From Mobula hypostoma (taxonomy: Eukaryota), in assembly GCF_963921235.1 (NCBI RefSeq), contig NC_086108.1, positions 111,230,001 to 111,294,000 on the forward strand: 64,000 nt of DNA. Direction: 5' to 3'. Shown piece after piece: positions 25,198-39,400 of the stretch. The notes under the pieces are model-generated. The model saw nothing but the letters and a program-made list of their open reading frames with translations. It searched no databases and was not told where the DNA came from. A program made the translations under genes and the position numbers. Within the stretch, counting starts at the first letter, position 1, and each line of letters begins with the position of its first letter.

Positions 25198-25906
25198 CTG
25201 AAATCAGACCAGAAAGGCACATGACTTCCCCAGTGAGAACAATAAACTATAGCAGATTCAGATAAAGACTCGTTTATCACATCAAAGTATTTATCTTCAG
25301 GGACCACCACCCAGGCCATGCTGCCATTGGGAGGGACGTGCAGGAGCCTCAGGACCCACACCACCAGATTACCGCTCAACCATCAGGCTCTTAAAGTAGA
25401 GGGGATAACTTCACTCAACTTTGCTCTCCGCATCACTGAACTATCCCCACAACCTATGGACTCACTTTCAAGGACTCCTCATCTCAGGTTCTTGATATTT
25501 ATTGCTTACTTTTGGAAACAGCAATGAAGAATCCTTCTACATCTGAGTGTGACGGGTATTCCTGAGACTCCACCTGGGACTTGCGTGACTGACAGTAGTG
25601 AAAATGAAGAGGAAGCTACTGACATGAAGAAGGAAACCCTGACGGAGGATCTTCACTGCTGTCCTAAACAGCAGCTGAGTAATGGGCAGTAAGAAACTGA
25701 ATGTAAATGATGAATAAAGTTGATCCCAGACCCCTGAAAACTAATAGTTGATCCTAGATAAAGAATGTTGAGGAGAGAGAGAAAAACCCAGAGAACCCTG
25801 GCTAGCTAGACTGCTCATTAATAGAGGTTAGATTGGAAAAAACAGTCAGGATTTCTCCCCCTGAAGATGATCTTAAACTTTAACAAATAAATAAAGGTAG
25901 TCATAC

Positions 25907-26045
25907 GCTGGGCCATCGGATGATAGTATCAAGCGTCTGTGAGGATGTCAGAGCAACCAATGCTGTAATCCGATGTGAGGGATTTCGTCTGTAGGTCTGC
26001 GAAAACCCGAGTAAATAGGCAAGTTCTGGTATGTAGTCTCCAACC
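25907..26045 (-). CDS. vtg: Vitellogenin exon (lipovitellin-II)
   Basis: Strong polypyrimidine tract + AG...GTATGA, phase 2-0: 'VGDYIPELAYLLGFSQTYRRNPSHRITALVALTSSQTLDTIIRWPS'. Confidence 0.92.
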
Positions 26046-26146
26046 CTGAGGCAAAGGGGAAAAGAGTTTTGTAGTGGTTTCTCAGTGTTTTGTATAAGGT
26101 ACAGAATGAAGAGCAGATGAATGTGATGGTGTTATACAACACTTAC

Positions 26147-26289
26147 AGTTTTGCACCACGTTTCAGTTCCTCGCTAATCTTCTTCCACTGCATTTTGAGT
26201 CTGATGGCCGGGTGACTGGCAAGTTTACCACTGGACAGCTTGGTGGACACTTTGTACTTCTCACAGTTGTCGCCCCATCTCGCCAGCGT
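26147..26289 (-). CDS. vtg: Vitellogenin exon (lipovitellin-II)
   Basis: ctcAG...GTAAGT, phase 0-2: 'TLARWGDNCEKYKVSTKLSSGKLASHPAIRLKMQWKKISEELKRGAK', with the WG..C..Y motif. Confidence 0.93.
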
Positions 26290-26589
26290 CTGAGGAGTGT
26301 GGAGGAATGAAACAATGAGAAAAGGAGCCTCTTGATCTGAAAGCAGAGGAGTCCTGAAGATTTATTCAAGAATCAAGATTGTTTATTGTCATTCGGTCAT
26401 GGAGGATGTGCAGACGGCGCACGAACAGCGTGGGAAATCGGATCCAGCCCGGGTCTCTAGACCACGAGGCACTGGCTGTACACGCTGTGCCACTGTGCGG
26501 ACCCTCACGCTGATCCTACCCAAGCCTATGTCATTCTCCCCATCTTCTCATCAGCTCTCTCGGCCAGCCAGACAACTTAAGACGGCCAA

Positions 26590-26985
26590 TTAGCTCACCG
26601 ACCTGCAGATATTTGGGTTGTGGGAGGGAATCGGGGCATCCGGAGGAAACCCATGTGGTCACGATTTATTTATTTGTTGGTTGGTTGATTGATTGATTGA
26701 GGTACAGTTCAGAACAGGCCCTTTTGGCCCTTCGAGCCACGCCGCCCAACAATTCCCTGATTTAATCCTAACCTCATTGCGGGACAATTTACAATGGCCA
26801 ATTGACCTGCCAACTGGTATGATTTTGGACTGTGGGAGGAGATCGGAGAACCCAGAGGGAAAAACAAACGTGTACACAGAAAGGAAAGTACAAACTTGCT
26901 TAGAAGGGACGCCGGAATTAAACTCTGAACTCCGATGGCCCAGGCTGTCATCACATTGCGCATACTGCACTGCTATCATGGTGTC
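26590..26985 (-). mobile_element. V-SINE (HE1-type) fragments; similar pieces at ~23440-23540, 24190-24285 and 60990-61400
   Basis: Minus strand contains GGGTTTCCTCCGGATGCCCCGATTCCCTCCCACA-like V-domain sequence. Confidence 0.6.
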
Positions 26986-27169
26986 CTAAACACCAGTGCT
27001 TCCGCAAAGGATTGAACCGGAGACCTTTTGCAAGTCAGGTGAATACGACAACCACTACAGCTCAGACACCGCTGTTCAAACATCCCATCCTGCCTTTGTG
27101 CAGAGGGGAAAGTGGAGCCTCCCGCTCTCCGTATATTGTCAGACTGTGCGAGGAAAGGGGAACCCTTAC

Positions 27170-27382
27170 CATTACTTTGTGGGAGCTGGGCACCAATGCA
27201 TCAAGGCAGACCATCCAGTTGCTCTTTTGGTCCAGCTCCACCAAACGCAGATGTATCCTTGGCAGACGAGATGACATCTTACCATATCCAGTGAGCTGGT
27301 AACCTTGCTGCACGCCGTCAGTTCTTCTGGCCCGAAGCAGGATAACGAGGAATGGAGTGCCCGCAGTATGGACCAGGTAACG
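27170..27382 (-). CDS. vtg: Vitellogenin exon (start of lipovitellin-II)
   Basis: ccccAG...GTAAGG, phase 0-0: 'RYLVHTAGTPFLVILLRARRTDGVQQGYQLTGYGKMSSRLPRIHLRLVELDQKSNWMVCLDALVPSSHKVM'. Confidence 0.93.
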
Positions 27383-27404
27383 CTGGGGTAGTGAACACAT
27401 TGCA

Positions 27405-30400
27405 CCCGTCAGAAATTCACAGTGCTCTGAAATTTGTCAAAGCATAAACTAAACCTTTCAGAATTTCACACTGCTCTGAAATTTTTCAGCTCATCAGCAT
27501 ACCTTTCAGAATTTCACAGTGCACTAAAATTCTCGGTGCATCAGAAACACCCCTCAGAATTTCACAGTGCGCTAAAATTCTCAGCGCATCAGTTAAACCT
27601 GTCAGAATTTCACAGTGCGCTAAAATTCTCAGCGCATCAGCTAAACCTGTCAGAATTTCACAGTGCGCTAAAATTCTCAGCGCATCAGCTAAACCTGTCA
27701 GAATTTCACAGTGCGCGAAAATTCTCAGCGCATCAGCTAAACCTGTCAGAATTTCACAGTGTGCTAAAATTCTCAGTGCATCAGCTAAACATGTCAGAAT
27801 TACACAGTGCGCTAAAATTCTCAGCTCATCAGCCAAACCCATCAGAATTTCACAGAGCGCTAAAATTCTCAGTGCATCAGCTAAACACGTCGGAATTTCA
27901 CAGTGCTCTAAAATTCTCAGCGCATCAGCAGGAACCTGTCAGAATTTCACAGTGCGCTAAAATTCTCAGCTCATCAGCCAAACCCGTCAGAATTTCAAAG
28001 TGCGTTAAAATGCTCAGTGCATCAGCTAAACCTGTGAGAATTTCACAGTGCTCTAAAATTCTCTGCACATCAGCTAAACCTGTCAGATTTTCACAGCGTG
28101 CTAAAATTCTCAGCTCATCAGCCAAACCCGTCAGAATTTCACAGTGCGCTAAAATTCTCAGTGCATCAGCTAAACACGTCAGAAGTCACATTGCACTAAA
28201 ATTCTCAGTGCATCAGCTAAAGAAGTCGGAATTTCACAATGCTCTAAAATTCTCAGCGCATCATCTAAACATGTCAGAATTCACAATGCACTAAAATTCT
28301 CAGTACATCAGCTAAACACGTCGGAATTTCACAGTGCGCTAAAATTCTCAGTGCACCAGCTAAACCCGTCAGAATTTCACAGTGTGCTAAAATTCTCAGT
28401 GCATCAGCTAAACCCGTCAGAATTTCAGAGTGTGCTAAAATTCTCAGTGCATCAACTAAACCCGTCAGAATTTCACAGTGCGCTAAAATTCTCAGTGCAT
28501 CAGCTAAACATGTCAGAATTTCACAGTGCGCTAAAATTCTCAGCGCATCAGCAGGAACCAGTCAGAATTTCACAGTGCGCTAAAATTCTCAGTGCATCAG
28601 CTAAACACGTTGGAATTTCACACTGCGCTAAAATTCTCACTGCATCAGCTAAACCCGTGAGAACTTCACAGTGCTCTAAAATTCTCTGCACATCAGCTAA
28701 ACCTGTCAGAATTTCACAGTCTGCTAAAATTCTCAGTGCATCAGCTAAACATGTCGGAATTTCACAGAGCGCTAAAATTCTCAGCTCATCAGCCAAAGCC
28801 GTCAGAATTTCACAGTGCGCTAAAATGCTCAGTGCATCAGCTAAACATGTCTCAATTTCACAGTGCTCTAAAATTCTCAACGCATCATCTAAACAAGTTA
28901 GAATTCACAGTGCACTAAAATTCTCAGTGCATAAGCTAAACCGGTCAGAATTTCACAGTGCGATAAAATTCTCAGTGCATCAGCTAAACATGTCGTAATT
29001 ACACAGTGCGCTAAAATTCTCAGTGCATCAGCTAAACCCGTCAGAATTTCACAGAGCGCTAAAATTCTCAGTGCATCAGCTAAACCCGTGAGAATTTCAC
29101 AGTGCTCTAAAATTCTCTGCACATCAGCTAAACCTGTCAGAATTTCACAGTGCGATAAAATTCTCAGTGCATCAGCAAGAACCTGTCAGAAGGTCACAGT
29201 GCGCTAAAATTCTCAGCTCATCAACTAAACCTGCCAGAATTTCACAGTGCTCTAAAATTCTCAGAACATCAGATAAACCTGTCAGAATTTCACAGTGTGC
29301 TAAAATTCTCACTGCATCAGCTAAACATGTCGGAATTTCACAGTGCGCTAAAATTCTCAGTGCATCAGCTGAACACGTCAAAATTTCACAGTGCGCAAAA
29401 ATTCTCACTATGTCAGCTAAACAGTTCTGAATTCCAGAATGCGCTATAATTCTCAGCGCATCAGCAGGAACCTATCCGAATTTCACAGTGCACTAAAATT
29501 CTCAGTTCATCAGCTAATCCCGTCAGAATTTCAGTGTTCTAAAGTTCTCAGTGCATCAGCTAAACACGTCTGATTTTCACAGTGCTCTAATATTCTCAGT
29601 GCATCAACTAAACCCGTCAGAATTTCACAGTGCATTAAAATTCTCAGTGCATCAGCTAAACACTTCGGAATTTCACAGTGCGCTAAAATTCTCAGTGCAT
29701 CCGTGAAATCCATCAGAATTTCACAGTGCTCTAAAATTCTCAGCGCATCAGCTAAAAATGTAGGAATTTCACAGTGTGCTAAAATTCTCAGTGCATCAGC
29801 TAAACCCGTCAGAATTTCACAGTGCGTTAAAATTCTCAGTGCATCAGCAGGAACCTGTCAGAATTTCACAGTGCGCTAAAATTCTCAGTGTATCAGCTAA
29901 ACCCCGTCAGAATTTCACAGTGTGCTAAAATCTCAGTGCATCGGCTAAATACGTCAGAATTTCACAGTGTGCTAAAATTCTCAGCGCATCAGCTAAACGC
30001 TTCGGAATTTCACAGTGCGCTAAAATTCTCAGTGCATCCATGAAACCCATCAGAATTTCACAGTGCGCTAAAATTCTCAGTGCATCAGCAGGAACCTGTC
30101 AGAATTTCACAGTGCTCTAAAATTCTCATCACATCAGCTAAACCAGTCAGAATTTCACAGTGCTCTAAAATACTCAGTGCATCAGCTAAACACGTCTGAT
30201 TTTAACATTGCTCTAATATTCTCAGTGCATCAACTAAACCCGTCAGAATTTCATAGTGCGTTAAAATTCTCAGTGCATCAGGTAAACACGTCTGAATTTC
30301 ACAGTGTGCTAAAATTCTCAACGCATCAGCTAAACACGTCGGAATTTCACAGTGCGCTAAAATTCTCAGCGCATCCGTGAAATCCATCAGAATTTCACAG

Positions 30401-33400
30401 TGCGCTAAAATTCTCAATGCATCAGCAGGAACCTGTCAGAATTTCACAGTGCTCTAAAATTCTCAGCTCATCAGCTAAACACGTCTGAATTTCACAGTGC
30501 TCTAATATTCTCAGTGCATCAACTAAACCCGTCAGAATTTCACAGTGCGTTAAAATTCTCAGTGCATCAGCTAAATTCCTCTGAATTTAACAGTGCGCTA
30601 AAATTCTCAGTGCATCAGCTAAAGACGTCGGAATTTCACAGTGCTCTAAAATTCTCTGCACATCAGCTAAACCTGTCAGATTTTCACAGCGTGCTAAAAT
30701 TCTCAGCTCATCAGCCAAACCCGTCAGAATTTCACAGTGCGCTAAAATTCTCAGTGCATCAGCTAAACACGTCAGAAGTCACATTGCACTAAAATTCTCA
30801 GTGCATCAGCTAAAGAAGTCGGAATTTCACAATGCTCTAAAATTCTCAGCGCATCATCTAAACATGTCAGAATTCACAATGCACTAAAATTCTCAGTACA
30901 TCAGCTAAACACGTCGGAATTTCACAGTGCGCTAAAATTCTCAGTGCACCAGCTAAACCCGTCAGAATTTCACAGTGTGCTAAAATTCTCAGTGCATCAG
31001 CTAAACCCGCTCAGAATTTCAGAGTGTGCTAAAATTCTCAGTGCATCAACTAAACCCGTCAGAATTTCACAGTGCGCTAAAATTCTCAGTGCATCAGCTA
31101 AACATGTCAGAATTACACAGTGCGCTAAAATTCTCAGCGCATCAGCAGGAACCAGTCAGAATTTCACAGTGCGCTAAAATTCTCAGTGCATCAGCTAAAC
31201 ACGTTGGAATTTCACACTGCGCTAAAATTCTCACTGCATCAGCTAAACCCGTGAGAACTTCACAGTGCTCTAAAATTCTCTGCACATCAGCTAAACCTGT
31301 CAGAATTTCACAGTCTGCTAAAATTCTCAGTGCATCAGCTAAACATGTCGGAATTTCACAGAGCGCTAAAATTCTCAGCTCATCAGCCAAAGCCGTCAGA
31401 ATTTCACAGTGCGCTAAAATGCTCAGTGCATCAGCTAAACATGTCTCAATTTCACAGTGCTCTAAAATTCTCAACGCATCATCTAAACAAGTTAGAATTC
31501 ACAGTGCACTAAAATTCTCAGTGCATAAGCTAAACCGGTCAGAATTTCACAGTGCGATAAAATTCTCAGTGCATCAGCTAAACATGTCGTAATTACACAG
31601 TGCGCTAAAATTCTCAGTGCATCAGCTAAACCCGTCAGAATTTCACAGTGCGCTAAAATTCTCAGTGCATCAGCTAAACCCGTGAGAATTTCACAGTGCT
31701 CTAAAATTCTCTGCACATCAGCTAAACCTGTCAGAATTTCACAGTGCGATAAAATTCTCAGTGCATCAGCAAGAACCTGTCAGAAGGTCACAGTGCGCTA
31801 AAATTCTCAGCTCATCAACTAAACCTGCCAGAATTTCACAGTGCTCTAAAATTCTCAGAACATCAGATAAACCTGTCAGAATTTCACAGTGTGCTAAAAT
31901 TCTCACTGCATCAGCTAAACATGTCGGAATTTCACAGTGCGCTAAAATTCTCAGTGCATCAGCTGAACACGTCAAAATTTCACAGTGCGCAAAAATTCTC
32001 ACTATGTCAGCTAAACAGTTCTGAATTCCAGAATGCGCTATAATTCTCAGCGCATCAGCAGGAACCTATCCGAATTTCACAGTGCACTAAAATTCTCAGC
32101 TCATCAGCTAATCCCGTCAGAATTTCAGTGTTCTAAAGTTCTCAGTGCATCAGCTAAACACGTCTGATTTTCACAGTGCTCTAATATTCTCAGTGCATCA
32201 ACTAAACCCGTCAGAATTTCACAGTGCATTAAAATTCTCAGTGCATCAGCTAAACACTTCGGAATTTCACAGTGCGCTAAAATTCTCAGTGCATCCGTGA
32301 AATCCATCAGAATTTCACAGTGCTCTAAAATTCTCAGCGCATCAGCTAAAAATGTAGGAATTTCACAGTGTGCTAAAATTCTCAGTGCATCAGCTAAACC
32401 CGTCAGAATTTCACAGTGCGTTAAAATTCTCAGTGCATCAGCAGGAACCTGTCAGAATTTCACAGTGCGCTAAAATTCTCAGTGTATCAGCTAAACCCCG
32501 TCAGAATTTCACAGTGTGCTAAAATCTCAGTGCATCGGCTAAATACGTCAGAATTTCACAGTGTGCTAAAATTCTCAGCGCATCAGCTAAACGCTTCGGA
32601 ATTTCACAGTGCGCTAAAATTCTCAGTGCATCCATGAAACCCATCAGAATTTCACAGTGCGCTAAAATTCTCAGTGCATCAGCAGGAACCTGTCAGAATT
32701 TCACAGTGCTCTAAAATTCTCATCACATCAGCTAAACCAGTCAGAATTTCACAGTGCTCTAAAATACTCAGTGCATCAGCTAAACACGTCTGATTTTAAC
32801 ATTGCTCTAATATTCTCAGTGCATCAACTAAACCCGTCAGAATTTCATAGTGCGTTAAAATTCTCAGTGCATCAGGTAAACACGTCTGAATTTCACAGTG
32901 TGCTAAAATTCTCAACGCATCAGCTAAACACGTCGGAATTTCACAGTGCGCTAAAATTCTCAGCGCATCCGTGAAATCCATCAGAATTTCACAGTGCGCT
33001 AAAATTCTCAATGCATCAGCAGGAACCTGTCAGAATTTCACAGTGCTCTAAAATTCTCAGCTCATCAGCTAAACACGTCTGAATTTCACAGTGCTCTAAT
33101 ATTCTCAGTGCATCAACTAAACCCGTCAGAATTTCACAGTGCGTTAAAATTCTCAGTGCATCAGCTAAATTCCTCTGAATTTAACAGTGCGCTAAAATTC
33201 TCAGTGCATCAGCTAAAGACGTCGGAATTTCACAGTGCTCTAAAATTCTCTGCACATCAGCTAAACCTGTCAGATTTTCACAGCGTGCTAAAATTCTCAG
33301 CTCATCAGCCAAACCCGTCAGAATTTCACAGTGCGCTAAAATTCTCAGTGCATCAGCTAAACACGTCAGAAGTCACATTGCACTAAAATTCTCAGTGCAT

Positions 33401-36400
33401 CAGCTAAAGAAGTCGGAATTTCACAATGCTCTAAAATTCTCAGCGCATCATCTAAACATGTCAGAATTCACAATGCACTAAAATTCTCAGTACATCAGCT
33501 AAACACGTCGGAATTTCACAGTGCGCTAAAATTCTCAGTGCACCAGCTAAACCCGTCAGAATTTCACAGTGTGCTAAAATTCTCAGTGCATCAGCTAAAC
33601 CCGTCAGAATTTCAGAGTGTGCTAAAATTCTCAGTGCATCAACTAAACCCGTCAGAATTTCACAGTGCGCTAAAATTCTCAGTGCATCAGCTAAACATGT
33701 CAGAATTACACAGTGCGCTAAAATTCTCAGCGCATCAGCAGGAACCTGTCAGAATTTCACAGTGCGCTAAAATTCTCAGTGCATCAGCTAAACACGTTGG
33801 AATTTCACACTGCGCTAAAATTCTCACTGCATCAGCTAAGCCCGTGAGAACTTCACAGTGCTCTAAAATTCTCTGCACATCAGCTAAACCTGTCAGAATT
33901 TCACAGTGTGCTAAAATTCTCAGTGCATCAGCTAAACATGTCGGAATTTCACAGAGCGCTAAAATTCTCAGCTCATCAGCCAAAGCCGTCAGAATTTCAC
34001 AGTGCGCTAAAATGCTCAGTGCATCAGCTAAACATGTCTCAATTTCACAGTGCTCTAAAATTCTCAACGCATCATCTAAACAAGTTAGAATTCACAGTGC
34101 ACTAAAATTCTCAGTGCATAAGCTAAACCGGTCAGAATTTCACAGTGCGATAAAATTCTCAGTGCATCAGCTAAACATGTCGTAATTACACAGTGCGCTA
34201 AAATTCTCAGTGCATCAGCTAAACCCGTCAGAATTTCACAGAGCGCTAAAATTCTCAGTGCATCAGCTAAACCCGTGAGAATTTCACAGTGCGATAAAAT
34301 TCTCAGTGCATCAGCAAGAACCTGTCAGAAGGTCACAGTGCGCTAAAATTCTCAGCTCATCAACTAAACCTGCCAGAATTTCACAGTGCTCTAAAATTCT
34401 CAGAACATCAGATAAACCTGTCAGAATTTCACAGTGTGCTAAAATTCTCACTGCATCAGCTAAACATGTCGGAATTTCACAGTGCGCTAAAATTCTCAGT
34501 GCATCAGCTGAACACGTCAAAATTTCACAGTGCGCAAAAATTCTCACTATGTCAGCTAAACAGTTCTGAATTCCAGAATGCGCTATAATTCTCAGCGCAT
34601 CAGCAGGAACCTATCCGAATTTCACAGTGCACTAAAATTCTCAGCTCATCAGCTAATCCCGTCAGAATTTCACAGTGTTCTAAAATTCTCAGTGCATCAG
34701 CTAAACACGTCTGATTTTCACAGTGCTCTAATATTCTCAGTGCATCAACTAAACCCGTCAGAATTTCACAGTGCATTAAAATTCTCAGTGCATCAGCTAA
34801 ACACTTCGGAATTTCACAGTGCGCTAAAATTCTCAGTGCATCCGTGAAATCCATCAGAATTTCACAGTGCTCTAAAATTCTCAGCGCATCAGATAAAAAT
34901 GTAGGAATTTCACAGTGCACTAAAATTCTCAGTGCATCAGCTAAACCCGTCAGAATTTCACAGTGCTTTAAAATTCTCAGTGCATCAGCAGGAACCTGTC
35001 AGAATTTCACAGTGCTCTAAAATTCTCAGTGTATCAGCTAAACCCCGTCAGAATTTCACAGTGTGCTAAAATTCTCAGCGCATCAGCTAAACGCTTCGGA
35101 ATTTCACAGTGTGCTAAAATTCTCAGCGCATCAGCTAAACGCTTCGGAATTTCACAGTGCGCTAAAATTCTCAGTGCATCCATGAAACCCATCAGAATTT
35201 CACAGTGCGCTAAAATTCTCAGTGCATCAGCAGGAACCTGTCAGAATTTCACAGTGCTCTAAAATTCTCATCACATCAGCTAAACCAGTCAGAATTTCAC
35301 AGTGCTCTAAAATACTCAATGCATCAGCTAAACACGTCTGATTTTAACATTGCTCTAATATTCTCAGTGCATCAACTAAACCCGTCAGAATTTCATAGTG
35401 CGTTAAAATTCTCAGTGCATCAGGTAAACACGTCTGAATTTCACAGTGTGCTAAAATTCTCAACGCATCAGCTAAACACGTCGGAATTTCACAGTGCGCT
35501 AAAATTCTCAGCGCATCCGTGAAATCCATCAGAATTTCACAGTGCGCTAAAATTCTCAATGCATCAGCAGGAACCTGTCAGAATTTCACAGTGCTCTAAA
35601 ATTCTCAGCTCATCAGCTAAACACGTCTGAATTTCACAGTGCTCTAATATTCTCAGTGCATCAACTAAACCCGTCAGAATTTCACAGTGCGTTAAAATTC
35701 TCAGTGCATCAGCTAAATTCCTCTGAATTTAACAGTGCGCTAAAATTCTCAGTGCATCAGCTAAAGACGTCGGAATTTCACAGTGCTCTAAAATTCTCTG
35801 CACATCAGCTAAACCTGTCAGATTTTCACAGCGTGCTAAAATTCTCAGCTCATCAGCCAAACCCGTCAGAATTTCACAGTGCGCTAAAATTCTCAGTGCA
35901 TCAGCTAAACACGTCAGAAGTCACATTGCACTAAAATTCTCAGTGCATCAGCTAAAGAAGTCGGAATTTCACAATGCTCTAAAATTCTCAGCGCATCATC
36001 TAAACATGTCAGAATTCACAATGCACTAAAATTCTCAGTACATCAGCTAAACACGTCGGAATTTCACAGTGCGCTAAAATTCTCAGTGCACCAGCTAAAC
36101 CCGTCAGAATTTCACAGTGTGCTAAAATTCTCAGTGCATCAGCTAAACCCGTCAGAATTTCAGAGTGTGCTAAAATTCTCAGTGCATCAACTAAACCCGT
36201 CAGAATTTCACAGTGCGCTAAAATTCTCAGTGCATCAGCTAAACATGTCAGAATTACACAGTGCGCTAAAATTCTCAGCGCATCAGCAGGAACCTGTCAG
36301 AATTTCACAGTGCGCTAAAATTCTCAGTGCATCAGCTAAACACGTTGGAATTTCACACTGCGCTAAAATTCTCACTGCATCAGCTAAGCCCGTGAGAACT

Positions 36401-39400
36401 TCACAGTGCTCTAAAATTCTCTGCACATCAGCTAAACCTGTCAGAATTTCACAGTGTGCTAAAATTCTCAGTGCATCAGCTAAACATGTCGGAATTTCAC
36501 AGAGCGCTAAAATTCTCAGCTCATCAGCCAAAGCCGTCAGAATTTCACAGTGCGCTAAAATGCTCAGTGCATCAGCTAAACATGTCTCAATTTCACAGTG
36601 CTCTAAAATTCTCAACGCATCATCTAAACAAGTTAGAATTCACAGTGCACTAAAATTCTCAGTGCATAAGCTAAACCGGTCAGAATTTCACAGTGCGATA
36701 AAATTCTCAGTGCATCAGCTAAACATGCCGTAATTACACAGTGCGCTAAAATTCTCAGTGCATCAGCTAAACCCGTCAGAATTTCACAGAGCGCTAAAAT
36801 TCTCAGTGCATCAGCTAAACCCGTGAGAATTTCACAGTGCTCTAAAATTCTCTGCACATCAGCTAAACCTGTCAGAATTTCACAGTGCGATAAAATTCTC
36901 AGTGCATCAGCAAGAACCTGTCAGAAGGTCACAGTGCGCTAAAATTCTCAGCTCATCAACTAAACCTGCCAGAATTTCACAGTGCTCTAAAATTCTCAGA
37001 ACATCAGATAAACCTGTCAGAATTTCACAGTGTGCTAAAATTCTCACTGCATCAGCTAAACATGTCGGAATTTCACAGTGCGCTAAAATTCTCAGTGCAT
37101 CAGCTGAACACGTCAAAATTTCACAGTGCGCAAAAATTCTCACTATGTCAGCTAAACAGTTCTGAATTCCAGAATGCGCTATAATTCTCAGCGCATCAGC
37201 AGGAACCTATCCGAATTTCACAGTGCACTAAAATTCTCAGCTCATCAGCTAATCCCGTCAGAATTTCAGTGTTCTAAAGTTCTCAGTGCATCAGCTAAAC
37301 ACGTCTGATTTTCACAGTGCTCTAATATTCTCAGTGCATCAACTAAACCCGTCAGAATTTCACAGTGCATTAAAATTCTCAGTGCATCAGCTAAACACTT
37401 CGGAATTTCACAGTGCGCTAAAATTCTCAGTGCATCCGTGAAATCCATCAGAATTTCACAGTGCTCTAAAATTCTCAGCGCATCAGCTAAAAATGTAGGA
37501 ATTTCACAGTGTGCTAAAATTCTCAGTGCATCAGCTAAACCCGTCAGAATTTCACAGTGCGTTAAAATTCTCAGTTCATCAGCTAAATCTGTCAGAATTT
37601 CACAGTGCGCTAAAATTCTCAGTGTATCAGCTAAACCCCTTCAGAATTTCACAGTGTGCTAAAATCTCAGTGCATCGGCTAAATACGTCAGAATTTCACA
37701 GTGTGCTAAAATTCTCAGCGCATCAGCTAAACGCTTCGGAATTTCACAGTGCGCTAAAATTCTCAGTGCATCCATGAAACCCATCAGAATTTCACAGTGC
37801 GCTAAAATTCTCAGTGCATCAGCAGGAACCTGTCAGAATTTCACAGTGCTCTAAAATTCTCATCACATCAGCTAAACCAGTCAGAATTTCACAGTGCTCT
37901 AAAATACTCAGTGCATCAGCTAAACACGTCTGATTTTAACATTGCTCTAATATTCTCAGTGCATCAACTAAACCCGTCAGAATTTCATAGTGCGTTAAAA
38001 TTCTCAGTGCATCAGGTAAACACGTCTGAATTTCACAGTGTGCTAAAATTCTCAGCGCATCAGCTAAACACGTCGGAATTTCACAGTGCGCTAAAATTCT
38101 CAGCGCATCCGTGAAATCCATCAGAATTTCACAGTGCGCTAAAATTCTCAATGCATCAGCAGGAACCTGTCAGAATTTCACAGTGCTCTAAAATTCTCAG
38201 CTCATCAGCTAAACACGTAGGAATTTCACAGTGCTCTAAAATTCTCAGTGCATCAACTAAACCCGTCAGAATTTCACAGTGCGTTAAAATTCTCAGTGCA
38301 TCAGCTAAATTCCTCTGAATTTAACAGTGCGCTAAAATTCTCAGTGCATCAGCTAAAGACGTCGGAATTTCACAGTGCTCTAAAATTCTCTGCACATCAG
38401 CTAAACCTGTCAGATTTTCACAGCGTGCTAAAATTCTCAGCTCATCAGCTAAACCCGTCAGAATTTCACAGTGCGCTAAAATTCTCAGTGCATCAGCTAA
38501 ACACGTCAGAATTTCACATTGCACTAAAATTCTCAGTGCATCAGCTAAAAACATCGGAATTTCACAGTGCTCTAAAATTCTCAGCGCATCAGCTAAACAC
38601 GTCAGAATTTCACAGTGTGCTAAAATTCTCAATTCATCAGCTAAACCCATCAGAATTTCACAGTGCTCTAAAATTCTCAGTGCATCAGCTAAACCCGTCA
38701 GAATTTCACAGTGTGCTAAAATTCTCAGTGCATCAACTAAACCCGTCAGAATTTCACAGTGCGCTAAAATTCTCAGTGCATCAGCTAAACATGTCAGAAT
38801 TACACAGTGCGCTAAAATTCTCAGAGCATCAGCAGGAACCTGTCAGAATTTCACAGTGCGCTAAAATTCTCAGTGCATCAGCTAAACACGTTGGAATTTC
38901 ACACTGCGCTAAAATTCTCACTGCATCAGCTAAGCCCGTGAGAACTTCACAGTGCTCTAAAATTCTCTGCACATCAGCTAAACCTGTCAGAATTTCACAG
39001 TGTGCTAAAATTCTCAGTGCATCAGCTAAACATGTCGGAATTTCACAGAGCGCTAAAATTCTCAGCTCATCAGCCAAAGCCGTCAGAATTTCACAGTGCG
39101 CTAAAATGCTCAGTGCATCAGCTAAACATGTCTCAATTTCACAGTGCTCTAAAATTCTCAACGCATCATCTAAACAAGTTAGAATTCACAGTGCACTAAA
39201 ATTCTCAGTGCATAAGCTAAACCGGTCAGAATTTCACAGTGCGATAAAATTCTCAGTGCATCAGCTAAACATGTCGTAATTACACAGTGCGCTAAAATTC
39301 TCAGTGCATCAGCTAAACCCGTCAGAATTTCACAGTGCGCTAAAATTCTCAGTGCATCAGCTAAACCCGTGAGAATTTCAGTGCTCTAAAATTCTCTGCA

